From contig NIVC01000536.1 of NCBI GenBank assembly GCA_002269645.1, positions 124,001-188,000 on the forward strand: 64,000 nucleotides of DNA, read 5' to 3'. Below are positions 59,301 to 64,000 of this stretch, in pieces. The notes under the pieces were generated by a model. The model was not told where the DNA came from. It made no database searches and saw only the letters and a program-made list of their open reading frames with translations. A program made the translations under genes and the position numbers. Numbering within the stretch: the first letter of the stretch is position 1; every line of letters begins with the position of its first letter. The stretch is from Macrostomum lignano. Its lineage: Eukaryota.

Positions 59301-60704
59301 AGTGCTTCCTGCTGTAAGCAGCATGTATTTTTTCGCATACCCTTTGGCCATAGAAATACACACCGCATAGTGCTTCTATGCTTCTATGCTCTGTACTTGA
59401 TCAGCTGTACTTGTGGCTTTCTTCTGACTGAGCATAGAAGCACTATGCGGTGTGTATTTCTATGGCCAAGGGTATTCGAAAAAATACATGCTGCTTACAG
59501 CAGGAAGCACTTATAAAAATCGGACTTTCGTGGCATGAAAGCTAAAATAAGCCGCTAACTTTTAAGGCATATGATTTTTTTAACACACATTAATACTTGT
59601 GGAAGCAAGCAAAAGCGACACTACTTCTGGGACACCCGTCGTAATTTTGGTTGAAAGTTCTTTAGAGTCTGATTGCAAGTTTTACGAGTAATTGCTAGGT
59701 GTTCAAGCTGATCAGTGCAGTTGTAATAAAACTGTTAGCAGTGCAGTACGATTTCGCCCTCCCTTACTGCAGTGAGGCATATCGAGTGTACTTTGTCAGT
59801 GTTATACTTTTATATTCACTTTTACGTTAATATACTAATCTATAATTTTATATACTTTGATCTGCAACTACCGGCGCCTCTTGATAAGCCAGTGTGTGGA
59901 CTCTGCGTGAACGCCTGACTTTTGACTTTTGCTTATCATTGAATGTGGCGCCATACGCCCTGCTGCGAGGCTCGACTAAGTCATAGCCTGGATTTTAAAC
60001 TCTGCTACCATATTGTGCTCATGCGCCTTATTAACTGAAAAAATCGATCTCTCTACATGTAATTATGGGTTATTGAGAAAATGGAAGGTTATGACCGATT
60101 TGTTTATGGCTATTGGGGGTTATGACCGTTTTTGTGGCTACTGGGGGTTATGACCGATTTGTTTATGGCTACTGGGGGTTATGACCGATTTGTTTATGGC
60201 TACTGGGGGTTATGACCGATTTGTTTAAGTCTACTGGGGTTTATGACCGATTTGTTTATGGCTACTGGGGTTTATGACCGATTTTTTATGGCAGAACAGG
60301 GATTATGACCAATATGGTCTTTACAGAATGAATTGCTATGACCCATTTTGATGCGGTTTATGACCCGAATCGATCATTCAAAGATAGATGATTATGACGG
60401 ATATGATGCGGTCATGCATAGATGGTTATGACCTGCAATTCCGCAGATGACTCTGGTGAATCTGGACAACATCATGTGCCCAGCAATTTCGGACCCGTTC
60501 CGCGGCCTGCACTATCGCCAATGGGCGGTGTTCCACCAGACCCTGCTGGTGACCATATTTGGAAAGTGCTTGACTAGCGTTTATCGTAGCATTGTTTGGT
60601 CCATCGACTGTCGAAGTTCGGTTGTCGCCGAGAGCCAGACCGCCGATGCCGAGGCTAAGGATCTCAGCCCCGGTTCCATCAATGGCCACGCGAAGGAGCA
60701 GTGA
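56363..60704 (+). CDS. TMEM164: TMEM164 (membrane acyltransferase family), ~299 aa; exons 56363..56698, 56777..56893, 57458..57545, 58736..58836, 60447..60704
   Basis: Conserved motifs W.YSG....[19 protein letters not shown]......[27 protein letters not shown] and [28 protein letters not shown] introns with phases 0,0,1,0; total 900 nt. The catalytic Cys (NPCH) and His (QH) equivalents are present. Confidence 0.93.
56902..57365. repeat. ~30-bp tandem repeat (CTCAGATCCCCAGCATTGACTCCCAACCCT)n, TMEM164 intron 2
   Basis: Directly visible; begins ~8 nt after the donor. Confidence 0.93.
57860..58256. repeat. 21-bp tandem repeat (GGCTAGCTGGCAAACACATC[C/T])n, TMEM164 intron 3
   Basis: Directly visible, ~19 copies. 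Confidence 0.95.
58874..59145 (+). mobile_element. tRNA-derived SINE with a CORE(MIR)-like central domain and (ATT)n tail, TMEM164 intron 4
   Basis: A-box-like head GTAGACTAGTGGTTAGTGCG; centre GTCCTTGAGCAAGACACTTACTCT...TCAGTTCACCCAGCTGTAAAATGGG resembles the MIR/CORE consensus (CCTTGGGCAAGTTACTTAACCTCTCT...CTCAGTTTCCTCATCTGTAAAATGGG); tail AATAATTATTATTATTATT. The B-box appears deleted. Confidence 0.7.
59172..59641. mobile_element. Tc1/mariner-type foldback MITE, 470 bp, ~211-bp near-perfect inverted arms, TA TSD
   Basis: TA|CGAGGGGTGTCCCAGAAGTAG...CTACTTCTGGGACACCCGTCG|TA; arms ~59172-59382 and 59431-59641 with a 48-bp spacer. Confidence 0.9.
60085..60310. repeat. ~30-bp repeat (GGGGTTATGACCGATTTGTTTATGGCTACT)n, TMEM164 intron 4
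   Basis: Directly visible; decays toward the 60447 acceptor. Confidence 0.88.
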
Positions 60705-61289
60705 GGCAAACATAATTGACCCGATTCGCATATTTCATGCGCTTATTCCTACTAATAGTAGCGTATTTCTCCAATGTGATTCTTTCATATGTTATCTATT
60801 GTTAATGTTTATTGATATAGGGGGCACAGATAGTTGCTCCAGTCATAATATTTTATTTGTACGAGTATTTTCGATACCTAATTACTCAACTTTGATTAAT
60901 TAAATGGCATTTTGAACTCTCTCTCTGATTGATTTATTGTTGACCCTTACAAATAGTCTAGTCGAAGCCAATCTGTGTAACACTATTTTTTTTTCGCCTC
61001 TTATTGTACACCACACTTTTTAATTACCAAGTCACTTTTTTGTCACACAACTCTTGAGTATTATTAATTATTAATTTATTATTTGTATCGTTTATCGCGA
61101 TTTCATTTTCGATTAATAAATCGTTTGCATGTACGCTTCGCTAGATTTGTTTATTTATTTGTCTCATTGATTTTTTGCATGTAGCAGCCGCCTGCTGGTT
61201 CGAATTGCATCTCCGTTTTTTTATGATTCGAATTTGATCGCAGGCGGAACCCTGTGGCTGTTTATGCAGTGTCTCTGCCCACTGCTTCC

Positions 61290-62185
61290 CACTAACTTTC
61301 CCTACCCCTCTCTATCTCCCTCTGCCCCTCTCTACCCCCTCTAACCCCTCTCTCTCCATATACCCCTCTATCTCCATCTACCCCCCTCTATCTCCCTCTA
61401 CCCCTCTATCCCCCTCTATCTCCATCTACCCATCTGTATCTCCATCTACCCCTCTATCTCCCTCTACCCCCCTCTATCTCCCTCTACCCCTCTATCTCCC
61501 TCTACCCCCTCTATCTCCCTCTACCCCTCTATCTCCCTCTACCCCCCCCCTCTATCTCCATCTACCCATCTGTATCTCCCTCTACCTCTCTCTATCGTCT
61601 TCTACCCTCTCTATCTCCCTCTACCTCTCTCTATCGTCTTCTACCCTCTCTATCTCCCTCTGCCCCTCTCTATCTCCCTCTACCCCTCTCTATCTCCCTA
61701 TAACCCCTTTATCTCCATCCACCCCTCTCTACCCTCTATCTTCCTCTACCTCTATCTTCTTCTACCCTCTCTATCTCCCTCTGCCCCTCTCTACCCTCTC
61801 TAACCCCTCTCTCTCCATCTACCCCTCTATCTCCATCTACCCCCTCTATCTCCCTCTACCCCTCTATCCCCCTCTACCCCCCTCTATCTCCATCTACCCA
61901 TCTGTATCTCCATCTACTCCTCTATCTCCCTCTACCCCCCCCCTCTATCTCTATCTACCCATCTGTATCTCCCTCTACCTCTCTCTATCGTCTTCTACCC
62001 TCTCTATCTCCCTCTACCTCTCTCTATCGTCTTCTACCCTCTCTATCTCCCTCTACCCCTCTCTATCTCCCTGTAACCCCTTTATCTCTATCCACCCCTC
62101 TCTACCCTCTATCTTCCTCTACCTCTATCTTCTTCTACCCTCTCTATCTCCATCTACCCCTCTCTACTTTCTCTATCTTCGTCTA
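61290..62185. repeat. CT-rich low-complexity repeat (CTCTATCTCCCTCTACCC)n with an internal block duplication
   Basis: Directly visible. Confidence 0.9.
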
Positions 62186-63094
62186 CTTTTATAGGTCCCT
62201 GCAATTTAATGTACTACATGCAAAACGCAAAATCGAACTCAATGCCCATGTCCCCGATCTGCATCATTTTCTGTTTCTCAATGCCCTACAATTTACGTGT
62301 CTTATATTGCATCGCAGATCATCACACTATTTTGTTAAACTTGGCTTGTTTCATGACCTCTCCTACCTAGCCTATTCTAGGAGTTATTTATTTTCTTCAA
62401 TCTAGAAAAATGGTATTTACAATGGAATTAGACATTGTTTCTTTGTGATAGAGATTCCGCTTATTATTTGATTTTCTATTATCGCATTCCTCATCTGTGC
62501 TAGGGATGTTTGCACTTTTACTCGCATAGACAGTGTATTGCATAATGACCGCACAATTCAACCTACTTAATATGTCCTGTTTGTCCTGTAAACTTCCAGT
62601 GTCACCCATCGGCATGCAAATGCTGTTGTGTTGTAAAACCAACTATTAAACGCCATAATTAAAGGCTAAAGTATTACTACTTAATCCTATTTTTTTACTA
62701 ACGCATTCAGTCCGAACTTTTTTCATTCTGTTTTTTTTTTCTGTTGCAATTTATTAAACATAATTCACTTTCTATTTAAGATACAAAGTGCTCCGTTGTA
62801 CTTAAACTGCACAACCTTTAATCAAGGTCATTGAAAAATTGCTTTTCAAAATTTATTTAATTGTGTCTATTGGTTTGCAGATAATTATTTTGTATTTAGT
62901 AGGAATGTTAAATGTGTTACTGTCTTGATAATTGAGATTATCGCGTTTTCAACTTAATATCATATTTACTTATTTAATATTATTTATTTTGTTACTTTAA
63001 TTAACGAAAAAATAGTTAACATTTTCTATCTAGAATTGCTCCAAATTCCCAATCAAACATTAATCTCCCCAAATACTCTAATCTCCCCAAATCT

Positions 63095-64000
63095 CCATAT
63101 AGATTCGCCTCTAATCTCCATCTAGATTCGCCTATAATTTCCATTTACATGTAGATTCGCCTCTAATCTCCATCTAGATTCGCCTATAATCTCCATCTAG
63201 ATTCGTCTCTAATCTCCATCTAGATTCGCCTATAATCTCCATCTAGATTCGCCTATAATCTCCATCTAGATTCGTCTCTAATCTCCATCTAGAGTCGCCT
63301 CTAATCTCCATCTAGATTCGCCTCTAATCTCCATCTAGATTCGCCTCTAATCTCCATCTAGAGTCGCCTCTAATCTCCATCTAGATTCGCCTCTAATCTC
63401 CATCTAGATTCGCCTCTAATCTCCATCTAGATTCGCCTCTAATCTCCATCTAGATTCGCCTCTAATCTCCCCCAATCTCCATCAGATTCGCCTCTAATCT
63501 CCATCTAGATTCGCCTCTAATCTCTATCTAGATTCGCCTCTAATCTCCATCTAGATTCGTCTCTAATCACCATCTAGACTCGCCTCTAATCACCATCTAG
63601 AGTCGCCTCTAATCTCCATCTAGATTCGCCTCTAATCTCCATCTAGAGTCGCCTCTAATCTCCATCTATATTCGCCTCTAATCTCTATCTAGATTCGCCT
63701 CTAATCTCCATCTAGATTCGCCTAAAATTTCCATTTACATGTAGATTCGCCTCTAATCCCCATCTAGACTCGCCTCTAATCACCATCTAGAGTCGCCTCT
63801 AATCCCCATCTAGATTCGCTTCTAATCACCATCTAGAGTCGCCTCTAATCTCCATCTAGATTCGCCTCTAATCTCCATCTAGATTCGCCTAAAATTTCCA
63901 TTTACATGTAGATTCGCCTCTAATCCCCATCTAGAGTCGCCTCTAATCCCCATCTAGATTCGCCTCTAATCACCATCTATATTCGCCTCTAATCACCATC
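63095..64000. repeat. 23-bp tandem repeat (CTAGATTCGCCTCTAATCTCCAT)n, running off the window end
   Basis: Directly visible. Confidence 0.95.

Overview
This is eukaryotic animal genomic DNA, not a prokaryotic window. It has spliceosomal genes whose introns and spacers are packed with locus-specific tandem repeats; that style suggests a flatworm such as Macrostomum, which is my inference and not something the sequence shows. Five complete spliced genes can be built with consistent splice phases: a SHOX-type paired-class homeobox gene (-), a five-finger matrin/U1-type C2H2 zinc-finger gene (-), a ~1276-aa ankyrin-repeat plus Mab-21/cGAS-like nucleotidyltransferase fusion (+), a cytohesin ARF-GEF (-) and TMEM164 (+). 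There is also one orphan exon near the window start. Mobile DNA includes a decayed DDE-type transposase, a CORE-like SINE, a Tc1/mariner foldback MITE, an hAT MITE with an 8-bp TSD, a second TIR element and a LINE fragment. The top candidate for a new system is the ankyrin-cGLR fusion. It keeps an apparent catalytic triad, has an unassigned C-terminal domain, and lies head-to-head with a putative dsRNA-binding zinc-finger gene. Other leads are a possible 3-nt micro-exon or recursive splice site behind a GC donor, an intronic satellite built from AG|GT junctions, and sharply bounded CpG-depleted, transition-mutated blocks. Most long ORFs in the supplied track are repeat artefacts. All coordinates and counts were read by eye.
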